Positions 20,187 to 29,593 of a stretch of 64,000 nt of DNA are shown here, one piece after another; positions within the stretch are counted from its first letter, which is position 1; each line of letters opens with the position of its first letter. Made by a program: the position numbers and the translations under genes. The notes beneath the pieces were generated by a model. The model was not told where the DNA came from. It did no database searches and saw only the letters and a list, made by a program, of their open reading frames with translations. Source of the DNA: Thermodesulfobacteriota bacterium (GTDB lineage: Bacteria; Desulfobacterota; UBA8473); NCBI GenBank assembly GCA_040757775.1, contig JBFLWQ010000001.1:58917-122916 (forward strand), read 5' to 3'.

Positions 20187-20460
20187 AAAAAGTATTGATA
20201 CTGAGATTAAGAAACTGATAAACCAATCCAATGATCTGGAAAGGCAATGGAAAGAAACAGCAGTTGTTGAGCGTAAGCGGGAGATTCAGAGGGAAATTGA
20301 TAGAATTGACCGAAAAATAGACAGGCTCAAGCAAAAGAAGATGGATGAAGAGAAGAATGCAAAACGAGAGTTGGAAAACAACGAACTTGATGATGAGCTT
20401 GTTGAGTACGAGCCGGGGAAGTTTATAAAACGGAGAGAGTATGACTGGTTAATGGAGTAA
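20167..20460 (+). CDS. hypothetical coiled-coil protein
   Basis: 97 aa, highly charged KE/R-rich repeats. Confidence 0.3.
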   Translation: MKESIDRKSIDTEIKKLINQSNDLERQWKETAVVERKREIQREIDRIDRKIDRLKQKKMDEEKNAKRELENNELDDELVEYEPGKFIKRREYDWLME

Positions 20461-20484
20461 AAAGAATAGAAGAGGAGGAATGAA

Positions 20485-20769
20485 ATGGGAGGGAAAACTG
20501 ACGATACTGATAAGAGTGTCGAAGCTGCTGAGAAGGATGAGGAAGAGATAAGTATAGTAATACAGATCGGGATACGGAGGAAGGATGGAGGCATGGCGGT
20601 GTCGTCGGCGTTGCCTTTGAATGTATGTCAAATGTATCTCGATCAGGCAGCTAGAATGATAACGACTAAGATTGTTGCTGGTGAGGTAGCAAATATGCTT
20701 ATGAGGTCAGAAAGGAAGCAACCGCTTGTCGCCGTACCGTCAAGGTTCGGGCGTATTGCTGATATGTGA
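20485..20769 (+). CDS. hypothetical protein
   Basis: RBS gaggagg + ATG; 94 aa. Confidence 0.25.
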   Translation: MGGKTDDTDKSVEAAEKDEEEISIVIQIGIRRKDGGMAVSSALPLNVCQMYLDQAARMITTKIVAGEVANMLMRSERKQPLVAVPSRFGRIADM

Positions 20770-20776
20770 GCTGAAT

Positions 20777-20998
20777 ATGATTGAGAGCAACAGGTTTCTA
20801 TATGTTTATACAGTGGCTAAAACGCTTGCGTGCAGTCCTGGATTGGTCTATCAGCTTGTCAAACGTGGTGAATTGGATGCTATAAAGGTAGGGAAAAGAG
20901 GGATACGAATTAGTAGGAATAGTCTTGAACTGTACATCGAACGAAATTTATTACGCACAGAGCGCACAGAGCGCATGGAGTGTCGTGGAGGAAGTTGA
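20777..20998 (+). CDS. helix-turn-helix DNA-binding protein (excisionase/MerR-like HTH)
   Basis: ATG 20777 (the track's TTG at 20726 is probably spurious). YVYTVAKTLACSPGLVYQLVKRGELDAIKVGKRGIRI is an Xis-family HTH. Confidence 0.5.
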   Translation: MIESNRFLYVYTVAKTLACSPGLVYQLVKRGELDAIKVGKRGIRISRNSLELYIERNLLRTERTERMECRGGS

Positions 20999-21088
20999 AA
21001 TTATGTTGTTGTGCTGGTATGCTTGTGTTGAGGTATACGTAAGGACTTGGGAGTCCTTTGTCACATATCTGTTATGGTCTGCTTGAAG

Positions 21089-21122
21089 CCAAAGGACTTG
21101 TTGTCCTTTGGCTTTTCTGTTT
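21089..21122 (+). terminator. rho-independent terminator-like hairpin
   Basis: CCAAAGGAC-ttgtt-GTCCTTTGG (perfect 9-bp stem) followed by CTTTTCTGTTT. The track's TTG start for the portal (21108) lies inside this hairpin. Confidence 0.45.
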
Positions 21123-21137
21123 GAAAGGTACTCAGGC

Positions 21138-24100
21138 ATGTGGTTGATAGATAGAATTACTGATCTTCTGACGAAGGCCAAGTACGATCCGTCCGGAGTT
21201 GATGGTCCTGGAACTACGAGAACTGGTAATGAGCAGAACGGATGGTATTATAATCTGATAAAGCTCGAGGAGACACGAAAGGCACGATACAAAGATTATG
21301 ACACGATGGATGATGAGTTCCCGGAAATATCCTGTGTTACAGGAGACACAATAGTTCACTGTTTAGATGGAGATTTTACGATTAAGGAATTGACAGAGAA
21401 CAAGAAAGATGAAATGTTCTTGGTTTACAGTTGCGATGGGAATAGAATAGTTTTTGATGAAGCGTATGCTCCACGACTCTCAGGTAGAAAAGTAAAAGTT
21501 ATTCGCGTAAGGTACAGAAGCAACAACCGATGGACCCATGAACTACGAGTTACTGGCGACCATAAATTTATGATGAGGGACGGTAGCATGAAAATGGCTG
21601 GAAAGTTAAGGTCAGGAGATAGCCTAATGCCGTTCAACGCTCAGTATGTAAATGATAGGCGGGTCATTAAAGATTTGGATGGTAGGAAGGTCTATGCGTC
21701 CCATCTGGTATTTGAGCAATACGCCAATAGAGCAGTTGATCTTGGCAAAGTGATTCACCACATTGATGGGAACCGGAGAAACGACAATCCACTAAATTTG
21801 CATGAATTATCGCTTGAAGAACATTGCCGTAAGCATAGCATGGGGAATCAGCATACATTGGGAATGATATGGAACGATGATACTGAACGAGTGGAAAAGC
21901 ATAGAAAGCGGATGCTTGGGAATAAGCATAAAAAGGGGAAGGCCAATAGTATAGAAACACGAATGAAGATGAGGAAAGCTCATGCTGAAAGACGACTGCT
22001 AGGGCTAAAACGAAACAGAGAATATGGAAAGCCATGGAACAAGATACAAATTACGCCGGAAGATTTGGTAAATGCTGTTGAAAGAACGAATGATTATAGA
22101 GAAGCAAGCGAACTGTTAGGAATTTCAGTTCCTGTGTTTTTCAGGCGTGTGAAGGATTTTGGTTTAAGGGGAGCTGTTGATTATAATCATGTGGTAGTAG
22201 GTATCGAAGATGGAGGGTTTGAGGATGTTTATGATTTGACGACACGGCGTACTCATAAGTTTGCTGCGAATCACCTAATTATATCGAATTCGAGTATCGA
22301 TATATATTCAGACAATGCGACACAGTCGGTTGATGGAACGCATGAGTCGTTTTGGATAGAATCCGAAGACCAGAAAGTAAAGGATGTTCTGACCAGGATT
22401 AACGAGGAGACTGGACTGCAAGATTCGATTTGGTCTATTGGGCGAAATCTGGTTAAGTATGGAGATGATTTTGAGGAAATAGTATTAAACTCAAGTATGT
22501 TCGTAGTAGATATAAAAGGATTGCCCTGTGAGCAGATGTACAGGAATGAGGATGAATACGGCAGGTTGCTAGAGGATGGTGCGTTCACGCAGAGAGACGT
22601 AAGCACAAACAAGGAGCTTGCAGAGTTTAAGAGCTGGCAGATCGTCCATTTCAGAAATGTGGTGAAGAGAGGGACGAAATACGGGAGGAGTTTACTGTAT
22701 CCTGCAAGAAAGGTATTCAAACAGTTACAGATGATGGAAGACGGTATGGTGATTGCGAGGCTGACCAGGAGCAACATGAGGTACAAGTGGAAAATCGATG
22801 TCGGCAATATGTCTGCAAATGAGGCACGTACATTCCTGAGAGATGTCAAGATGGAGCTCAGAAAGAAGCGCGTTATTGACCCTGCTACGGGCAAGTTTAA
22901 ACTGACCGATAATCCATTAAAAGATGAGGAAGATTTTTTTGTGGCTGTAAGGGATGGATCTCCGGCTGACGTTGATGCCATACAAGGTTCTGCAACGCTT
23001 GGTACTATTGGTGATGTAGAGTATTTTCAGAATAAGCTGTTTTCGATGCTGAAGGTACCGAAGGCGTATCTTGGATTGGAGAGAGATGTGAATGCTAAAT
23101 GTTTGGCTGGCGATACCCCGATATGTCTTGCAAATGGGAAAGATATGCCGATTCGTGAATTAGTAAAGCTTTATAGTAATGGGCAAAGGTTTTACGTGTA
23201 TTCATGCCGTAGAGATGGTGAGATAGTAATAGCAGAAGCACATTCCCCAAGGATAACAAGAAGAAATGCCGAAATGGTAAAAGTGACGCTCGATAGTGGG
23301 GTGAGCTTCAGGTGTACACCTGACCATCCGATAATGTTGCGCTCAGGTTCTTTTTGTCAGGCGAAAGATATTAAGAATGGCACAAGCATTATGCCTTTGT
23401 ATAGAAAGATCTCCGAGAAACCTGAGAATAGTATTAGCGGATACGAGTTACATAGAAATCCACGAACGGGCCAATGGAGATATACGCATAGGCTTGTTGG
23501 AAGACATCTTCCCAGGCCGATCGGTGAAAAGCGTTGGGTCATGCACCATGTTGATTTTGATAAGAGAAATAACTCGCCAGACAACCTTGTTCTCATGACG
23601 TGGGACGATCATGTAAAGCTACACATGGCTTTTGTAGCGTTGTTGCATACCGAAGAAGTTAAGAAGCGTAGCAGAGAGGGCGTTTTGAAATCTGCAAAAT
23701 TCAAAAAAAGACTGTTGAGCATGAATAGCAGCCTTTGGAAGAGAGCGAAGTCTAGCAAGACATTGAGACGATTGTATGCTGAAGGCGTTATGAATGTAAA
23801 GGGTGTCCTAAATCCAAGATACAGAAAGGATGTCACGGTTGAAAGTATAGCGAATGCAGCTCGAGAAGCAAAATGTTCATCTGCAAAAGAGATACAAGAA
23901 AAAACTGGAATTAATTATTCGTTGTTAAGAAGACGACTTGACAAGTTGGGACTAAGTTATCAAGAGTTTGCAGATAAAGTTTTGGAAGCGGGGTATAGAA
24001 AAACTGGATGGCATCGCCCTGACTTAAGTCTTGAAAAAATAGGTGAAGCCATCGCTTCCTTCGCAACAGTAAAAGAGGCAGCAGAAAAATTAGGTGTTAA

Positions 24101-24752
24101 CCGGCCTGACCTTTACCAGATATGTAAAAGAAGAGGGACGACTGTTCAGGAATTGCGGGCATCCAACCATAAAGTAGTGAGCGTTGAACCCGACGGCGTG
24201 GATGCCGAAACGTACGACTTAACTGTAGATAACTATCATACGTTTGCAATAGGGTGTGGTATCTTTGTTCATAATAGCACCCTGACCGTACAGGATGTAC
24301 AATTCGCAAGGACTGTCCGTAGGTATCAGAAGATATTAACGAATCAGATAAGATCGATATACAATCTAGGGCTAATCTTGCAATCATTGGATCTTGCGAA
24401 GTCTCCGTATTATGTTTTCTTTCCACCTATAAATACTGTTGATGAGCTTGCTAGGTGGCAAACCGAAAAGGTAAAGGCTGAGATAGCAAAGATTTACGGG
24501 ATTGATATTAACTGCGTGTCTGAGGAATTTATTCTGTCCTATTATCTTGGACTGACTGACAATGAGATTAAGGATGTTTCAGGACAGACGAAACCGGTAC
24601 GGCAGGGCAAGGAGCAGCAGGTAGTAGAAACGATCACGACTTCCAACATCGAACCGCATGAGCTACTAGAGCTTGGAAATCTACTGGAAGCTCTGAGAGA
24701 CCTTGTTGAAATTGAACTGGAGAAGAAGGAACAAGAACGATGGGAGCATTAG
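21138..24752 (+). CDS. portal protein interrupted by two HNH-type inteins
   Basis: First ATG after the hairpin. Removing the two inteins leaves an extein of about 500 aa, typical for a portal, in the position after the terminase. Confidence 0.55.
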   Translation: MWLIDRITDLLTKAKYDPSGVDGPGTTRTGNEQNGWYYNLIKLEETRKARYKDYDTMDDEFPEISCVTGDTIVHCLDGDFTIKELTENKKDEMFLVYSCDGNRIVFDEAYAPRLSGRKVKVIRVRYRSNNRWTHELRVTGDHKFMMRDGSMKMAGKLRSGDSLMPFNAQYVNDRRVIKDLDGRKVYASHLVFEQYANRAVDLGKVIHHIDGNRRNDNPLNLHELSLEEHCRKHSMGNQHTLGMIWNDDTERVEKHRKRMLGNKHKKGKANSIETRMKMRKAHAERRLLGLKRNREYGKPWNKIQITPEDLVNAVERTNDYREASELLGISVPVFFRRVKDFGLRGAVDYNHVVVGIEDGGFEDVYDLTTRRTHKFAANHLIISNSSIDIYSDNATQSVDGTHESFWIESEDQKVKDVLTRINEETGLQDSIWSIGRNLVKYGDDFEEIVLNSSMFVVDIKGLPCEQMYRNEDEYGRLLEDGAFTQRDVSTNKELAEFKSWQIVHFRNVVKRGTKYGRSLLYPARKVFKQLQMMEDGMVIARLTRSNMRYKWKIDVGNMSANEARTFLRDVKMELRKKRVIDPATGKFKLTDNPLKDEEDFFVAVRDGSPADVDAIQGSATLGTIGDVEYFQNKLFSMLKVPKAYLGLERDVNAKCLAGDTPICLANGKDMPIRELVKLYSNGQRFYVYSCRRDGEIVIAEAHSPRITRRNAEMVKVTLDSGVSFRCTPDHPIMLRSGSFCQAKDIKNGTSIMPLYRKISEKPENSISGYELHRNPRTGQWRYTHRLVGRHLPRPIGEKRWVMHHVDFDKRNNSPDNLVLMTWDDHVKLHMAFVALLHTEEVKKRSREGVLKSAKFKKRLLSMNSSLWKRAKSSKTLRRLYAEGVMNVKGVLNPRYRKDVTVESIANAAREAKCSSAKEIQEKTGINYSLLRRRLDKLGLSYQEFADKVLEAGYRKTGWHRPDLSLEKIGEAIASFATVKEAAEKLGVNRPDLYQICKRRGTTVQELRASNHKVVSVEPDGVDAETYDLTVDNYHTFAIGCGIFVHNSTLTVQDVQFARTVRRYQKILTNQIRSIYNLGLILQSLDLAKSPYYVFFPPINTVDELARWQTEKVKAEIAKIYGIDINCVSEEFILSYYLGLTDNEIKDVSGQTKPVRQGKEQQVVETITTSNIEPHELLELGNLLEALRDLVEIELEKKEQERWEH
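21333..22289 (+). mobile_element. intein 1 (319 aa) with HNH homing-endonuclease domain
   Basis: Begins ...PEIS|CVTGDTIVHCLDG (block A); block B TGDHKF; HNH core HHIDGNRRNDNPLNLHEL...EEHCRKH; ends VYDLT...THKFAANHLIISN|S (blocks F/G, Ser+1). Confidence 0.5.
23100..24275 (+). mobile_element. intein 2 (392 aa) with HNH homing-endonuclease domain
   Basis: Begins ...NAK|CLAGDTPICLANG; HNH core HHVDFDKRNNSPDNLVLMTWDDHVKLH; ends TYDLTVDNYHTFAIGCGIFVHN|S (canonical HN + Ser+1). Confidence 0.6.
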
Positions 24753-25891
24753 CACAACTAGGTATCGAGGACCTAAGAAAACTGAAAGAGATGACGGGAA
24801 CTGCACTTGGAGCGGTATATGGTCTTGAGGAAGGCAAGGTATATGGCACGAGACGTTCTGTATCTCAGGTAAAGGCTTCGTTGGCTACGACAGGAAGACA
24901 AATTTCTCCATCACAAAGAAAGTTCCAGAAAAAGGCAAAGAGGGATTTTGAAAGGATAAAGACTGAATTTAGCTCTAAAATGTTCAACGGAATAAATGAT
25001 TTTGCTGCTGACAAGATAACTCACACGCAGGCTTCGATGATATTAAAGGATGCTATACGAATCGGTTATGAGAACGCATACGTAGCCGGGATGGAAGCCG
25101 TAGGTAATTTCCAAGGATTGTATCCTGAGGATATTGCCTGGCTGAAAGGAGCCAGGCAGCAAGAGTTTCGATACCTGAACAGGTTTATTGACGATGTTAA
25201 GTCAGGCAATCTGAAAATGCCCCTTGAAGATAGAATGCAAATGTACGTTGATACGCTCAATTTTACATATGACCATGCTCGAGTCGAGAGTTCGCCTGAC
25301 AATGTGATGATAGTATGGAACCTGCAATCGTTTAACCCATGTCCTGATTGTATTGAAAGAGCTAGTGGGAGCCCATATACGAAGGAAACACTGCCGTCTG
25401 TTCCTCGGGATGGAAGTACACGATGCCTGTCAAGATGTTACTGCTCATTGACTATAAGAACCGTTCCAATTGATAAGATGCCCCCTGCTGTTGTAAAAAG
25501 GCCCACTTCTGTACCTGCTGTATCGCCTGTGAAGACTGCAAAGATTCCTTCCGGCTATAAGAAGCCGAGTGTTGACCAGTTGGCCAAAATTGACGCTATG
25601 ATAATGTCAGCTAGGTTCTATCGAGAAATGGTTAGACAGGTATCGGCGGCAGAGAGGGTGAGTATTGTAGCTATGAGAAAGAAAGTCACTGATGAACTCG
25701 CAGATTATGTTCAGGATAACATGCTGTTTGTTCCTCCACGAGTGACGTCTGCGGATGTGGCTGTGGATATGGAGACAAGAAAACGGATAGTAAGACGTTC
25801 GTTGACTGGAGCTGCCTTAATTGCTATGACTGTAAAGGAGTTTGACAGATACCTTGAGAGCATTGATGAGGAAGGGTACGCGGAGGAGTAA
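24740..25891 (+). CDS. head morphogenesis / minor capsid protein (SPP1 gp7 / Mu F-like)
   Basis: Located directly after the portal; a CPDC...G-containing C-terminal region resembles the Mu-F/SPP1 gp7 family. Confidence 0.4.
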   Translation: MGALAQLGIEDLRKLKEMTGTALGAVYGLEEGKVYGTRRSVSQVKASLATTGRQISPSQRKFQKKAKRDFERIKTEFSSKMFNGINDFAADKITHTQASMILKDAIRIGYENAYVAGMEAVGNFQGLYPEDIAWLKGARQQEFRYLNRFIDDVKSGNLKMPLEDRMQMYVDTLNFTYDHARVESSPDNVMIVWNLQSFNPCPDCIERASGSPYTKETLPSVPRDGSTRCLSRCYCSLTIRTVPIDKMPPAVVKRPTSVPAVSPVKTAKIPSGYKKPSVDQLAKIDAMIMSARFYREMVRQVSAAERVSIVAMRKKVTDELADYVQDNMLFVPPRVTSADVAVDMETRKRIVRRSLTGAALIAMTVKEFDRYLESIDEEGYAEE

Positions 25892-26161
25892 GTGTTACGA
25901 ATATACTATTACAGGATGCTTGATATGAGGAGCCTGTTCCGAGGTTTCAAGGCAATCGCCAGGTTTGTCCGTGAAAAGAAGGTTAAGGATGTAATGCTTG
26001 GCCCTGGTGATAGCGAAATGCTGATTGACCACGGTATCTGGATTGAAGGAGAAGAAAAGGTAGTTAGTTGGCTGTTGAAGGAAATTGAACAGATCTTTGA
26101 TAGGATGAAGATTGTGTGGGTGAGAGGTCAATGGAAGGAAGGAGCTACTACGAATGAATGA
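25892..26161 (+). CDS. hypothetical protein
   Basis: GTG start after RBS ggaggag; 89 aa. Confidence 0.25.
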   Translation: MLRIYYYRMLDMRSLFRGFKAIARFVREKKVKDVMLGPGDSEMLIDHGIWIEGEEKVVSWLLKEIEQIFDRMKIVWVRGQWKEGATTNE

Positions 26162-26426
26162 TAGGGATGCTCGCAATGTTCGATCTCTGGTTGATGTTGA
26201 GGAGATAAAGAGGTTGGCTATCAGGCAACTACGAAGGAGTGACTGCAAGGGGAACATAAGTGTTCCAACGTCAGGCAAAAAGGTCGGACAGATAAAACTG
26301 GAATTGTTCATTGATTTGAAGGATGGAGGGACTCACGATAAAGGCTGGAGAAATGACGGAAGGACTGGCACACGTCTCCTTATGGAAGGAAAAAAGGAAG
26401 ATACAAGGAATTACAATGAATTTTAA
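26154..26426 (+). CDS. hypothetical protein
   Basis: Overlapping start; 90 aa. Confidence 0.25.
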   Translation: MNDRDARNVRSLVDVEEIKRLAIRQLRRSDCKGNISVPTSGKKVGQIKLELFIDLKDGGTHDKGWRNDGRTGTRLLMEGKKEDTRNYNEF

Positions 26427-26505
26427 CAGGCGCATATTGGTCTGGTAATATCTTCCACTTAAAATTAATACTGCAAGCGGTTTGCAGGCGGGTAATAGTA
26501 ATGAC

Positions 26506-26556
26506 TAGCCCGGTTGATTTGCTATCTGTGTATAGCAATTAACCGGGCTTTTTTAT
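26506..26556 (+). terminator. rho-independent terminator
   Basis: TAGCCCGGTT...AACCGGGCT stem followed by TTTTTTATT. Confidence 0.5.
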
Positions 26557-26559
26557 TGG

Positions 26560-27144
26560 ATGGATAGTATGCCCTACCCTAATGAACATTCAGCGAGGAT
26601 TGAGGATCCAAGTAATTTTAAAAAAGATAGTTTTAGAACAAAGGAAATTGCCCCTGGGGTAACAATAATTATTGCGAAACGCACCGGAGATAAAAATGGA
26701 TCGATGATTACCCAGGCTTACAGGTTTGATAAGACTAAGTTTACGGTCAAACAGGCAAAGGACTGGTTAAAGAAGTACAAGGTTAAGTACATTATGTTTG
26801 AACCGGCTAAGGAGGAGGAAAGCATTATGAAAAATGATATGTTATCAGAGCAAAGGATTGAAGGGAGCTTTGAAAAGTTACGGGATGATCTTACCATTAT
26901 TGCTAAGAACAGTGGTAAGTTCGGAAAGTATCCTTGGATTGTTGCAACGTTTCCGAAGTATTTCATCATTAAGGATGACGAGTTTGAAAAGACGTATAGA
27001 GTTGACTGGACTTTGACTGATGGGCAGTACGTTCTTGGAGATGTCGTTCAGGTAACTGAAAAGACGCAGTACGTTAAGGTCGAATCGCTTGGTCAGGTGC
27101 GGGATCTTGTTAAACAACAGGTTCTCAAAGAACTTAGAATATGA
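26560..27144 (+). CDS. hypothetical protein
   Basis: 194 aa; ATG directly after the terminator. Confidence 0.35.
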   Translation: MDSMPYPNEHSARIEDPSNFKKDSFRTKEIAPGVTIIIAKRTGDKNGSMITQAYRFDKTKFTVKQAKDWLKKYKVKYIMFEPAKEEESIMKNDMLSEQRIEGSFEKLRDDLTIIAKNSGKFGKYPWIVATFPKYFIIKDDEFEKTYRVDWTLTDGQYVLGDVVQVTEKTQYVKVESLGQVRDLVKQQVLKELRI

Positions 27145-27153
27145 GGTGATGTT

Positions 27154-28446
27154 ATGGAATGGCTAATTGAGACTTTGCCCGCTCGCCTCGAGATCGTTGA
27201 AGAGGCGACTGAGGCAAACGGTGGAAGGATGAAGGTTCGTGGCAAGTTCCAGGAAGCCGACGTGATAAATGGCAATGGTAGGGTTTATCCACGAAAGATA
27301 TTGAAAAGGGAAGTGGAAAGGTTGAAGCAGGACGTAGCTGAGCGGAGAGCGTTTGGAGAAGGAGACCACCCAAAAGATGGGAGGTCCACGATTTCTGGAA
27401 CGGTAAGTATCCTGACAGATATTGACATGCCTGACAATGAGGTATTCGGAGAGGCTATAATCCTGAATACCGCAAAGGGCAAAGACCTTCAGGAGATAAT
27501 TCGAGCCGGTGGTCGAGTTGGTGTGTCTAGCAGGGGCAGTGGAACAACAAAGAGAGGTAGATGGAATGGAGAAATGGCCGATGAGGTGGGGGAAGACTTT
27601 AGACTGAAAACGTTTGATTTTGTGATAGGCGCAAGCGTCAAAGGTGCTGAGGTGGGTTCATACACAGAACAGCAGCTTGATGTAATAAACATTCTCTCTG
27701 ATAGCCAGCGTGAGTTGGGAGAGGAGCAAAAAGGGGAAAAGGAGGAGGTTATGAAACTAGGAGAATTGAAGGAAAAGTATCCAGAGCTGGTGAAGCAACT
27801 GGATGAGGAGGTCACTGCTAGAGTGACTGATGAAATCACCAAGAAGGTAACCGAGGAAGTCACGAAAAGACTGTCCGATGACTTTGATAAGAAAGTCACC
27901 GAGGCAATTGATCAGCAAAGACAGGAGATTGTGAAACAGGTACGAGTGGAAATAGAGGGGTCGCCTGAGTTCAAAGCTGGTAATGACGTGCTTCGCAAGA
28001 TAATCGAATCGGTGAAACCACTACTCGGAGAAAACAAAGCAGATGATACCGATGATGAGAATAAGAAGATTATCGAGGGCTTGAAGGCATCCATTGAGGA
28101 GCAGGAAAAGAAGATTGAGAAGTTAGATAACCAGGTTAAGTCGCTGACTGGCCAGCTCTCTGAGGAAAAGTCTAAGGTTGAGGTAAAGGCATACATCGAG
28201 GAGAAGACCAAGGGCGAGGTTTTACGAAATAGCCTGATGGAGCGACTTGGTGACTGCAAGACAAAGGAAGAGGTTGATGAGCGGTTGCCCAAGGAAAAGG
28301 AAGCTATCAAGAAGGTAATCGATGAGTCCAAGCGTCCCCCAGGACATGGTAAAGTGCTGGATGAAGATAAGGAAGAGAAAGGGCTTACGGAAAACCAGAA
28401 AAGGCAACGTAGGGCTGCCGGTATCAAGGAGAAGTCCGACAAGTAG
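27154..28446 (+). CDS. prohead protease-like domain fused to a coiled-coil scaffolding domain
   Basis: N-terminal ~130 aa resemble the HK97-type (S78/U35) prohead protease (VRGKFQEADVINGNGRVYP; GEGDHPKDG; VGVSSRGSG). The C-terminal ~300 aa are E/K-rich heptad coiled coil. Lies upstream of the capsid gene. Confidence 0.45.
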   Translation: MEWLIETLPARLEIVEEATEANGGRMKVRGKFQEADVINGNGRVYPRKILKREVERLKQDVAERRAFGEGDHPKDGRSTISGTVSILTDIDMPDNEVFGEAIILNTAKGKDLQEIIRAGGRVGVSSRGSGTTKRGRWNGEMADEVGEDFRLKTFDFVIGASVKGAEVGSYTEQQLDVINILSDSQRELGEEQKGEKEEVMKLGELKEKYPELVKQLDEEVTARVTDEITKKVTEEVTKRLSDDFDKKVTEAIDQQRQEIVKQVRVEIEGSPEFKAGNDVLRKIIESVKPLLGENKADDTDDENKKIIEGLKASIEEQEKKIEKLDNQVKSLTGQLSEEKSKVEVKAYIEEKTKGEVLRNSLMERLGDCKTKEEVDERLPKEKEAIKKVIDESKRPPGHGKVLDEDKEEKGLTENQKRQRRAAGIKEKSDK

Positions 28447-28488
28447 TAACGTTTGAACGAGAAGAATATAAATAAGGAGGTTCAAATC

Positions 28489-29592
28489 ATGAAAGAGAGG
28501 AAACGATTATCACTGCCAGGTGTTGCACCTGCGTGGTTGAATGAGGATGAGGAAAGAAGGGAAAGATGGGCGTATCTGACAGAAGATATAAAGGATGATC
28601 TGCTAAGACGACAGGTCGAGACGATGTTGGATAACGAAGCATGGTACATGGATTATCTTGAAGAGACATCGCAGACCTCTAACGTAGGTACGTTTACTAC
28701 GTTTGCGTTCCCGCTCGTCAGAAGGATTTATCCAAAGCTGATCGCAACAGAGCTGGTTTCGGTTCAACCCATGACCCAGCCTACAGGCAAAATCTTCTAC
28801 CTGGATTTCAAGTACAATACCGGAGGTCAGAGAATCGACACGAATCCAGATAAGACCTATGCCAATGCAACCGAGGGCGGTGCAGTAAAGGAGATTAACT
28901 TTGATATCACCTCTGTGACTGTTGAGGCAGGAGAAAAGAAGCTCAAGGCAAAATGGACTATCGAGGCTCAGCAAGACTTGATGGCGTACCATGGCCTTGA
29001 TGCTGAAACTGAGTTAATGGGCGTCTGTGGAGATGAAATTACAAGAGAGATTGACAGAGACATCATAGACGATGTTGTTGCTCAGGCTTCTGCTGGTAAC
29101 GTCAACTGGTCAAAGACGATTCCGACAACTGCGCCATGGAACGTATTGGATCCAAAGGTCTACAAGGAAACCTTGTACGATGCGATCATCGATGCGAACA
29201 ACATGATTTTCAAGAAGAGGTATAGGAATGCTTCCTGGATTGTGGCCGACCCCGATACCTGTACCAGATTTGAGAAGCTCGAGAAATTCAAGTTGTTCGA
29301 AGGGGCTGATGACGCCACAATGAATATGGGAGTGATCAGATTCGGTACCCTTGCTAACAAGTATCGAGTCTATAAAGATCCGTGGTTCGCTGCCGACAAG
29401 ATACTGTTAGGTTACAAGGGGCCTACGTGGTTGGAGACAGGGTACGTCTATGCGCCGTACATTCCGTTGTACGTGACGCCTTTGATAATCGACCCTAATG
29501 ATTTCATACCAAGACGAGGGATGATGAGTCGGTTTGCCAAGAAGGTAGTTAGTGGCGACTTCTTCGCAACGGTAACGCTGACCGGGTCATAA
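28489..29592 (+). CDS. major capsid protein (putative)
   Basis: ATG 28489 with RBS aaggagg (the track's TTG at 28453 rejected). About 367 aa, following the scaffold/protease. Confidence 0.5.
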   Translation: MKERKRLSLPGVAPAWLNEDEERRERWAYLTEDIKDDLLRRQVETMLDNEAWYMDYLEETSQTSNVGTFTTFAFPLVRRIYPKLIATELVSVQPMTQPTGKIFYLDFKYNTGGQRIDTNPDKTYANATEGGAVKEINFDITSVTVEAGEKKLKAKWTIEAQQDLMAYHGLDAETELMGVCGDEITREIDRDIIDDVVAQASAGNVNWSKTIPTTAPWNVLDPKVYKETLYDAIIDANNMIFKKRYRNASWIVADPDTCTRFEKLEKFKLFEGADDATMNMGVIRFGTLANKYRVYKDPWFAADKILLGYKGPTWLETGYVYAPYIPLYVTPLIIDPNDFIPRRGMMSRFAKKVVSGDFFATVTLTGS

Positions 29593-29593
29593 A

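Noticed and set aside
22271-22981. 236-aa Ser-rich ORF on the minus strand inside the portal gene, and similar antisense ORFs inside tape-measure, GT and capsid genes (e.g. 27489..27899, 27912..28442, 31095..31727, 37694..38173)
   Set aside because: They are low-complexity antisense frames inside well-supported plus-strand genes, with no RBS. Typical spurious shadow ORFs.
21108-24752. Reading the 1214-aa ORF as a polyprotein or fused portal–nuclease rather than an intein-containing portal
   Set aside because: Both insertions begin with Cys in a CLxxDT block and end in (H/S)N followed by Ser, with their own HNH cores. Excision yields a portal-sized extein.
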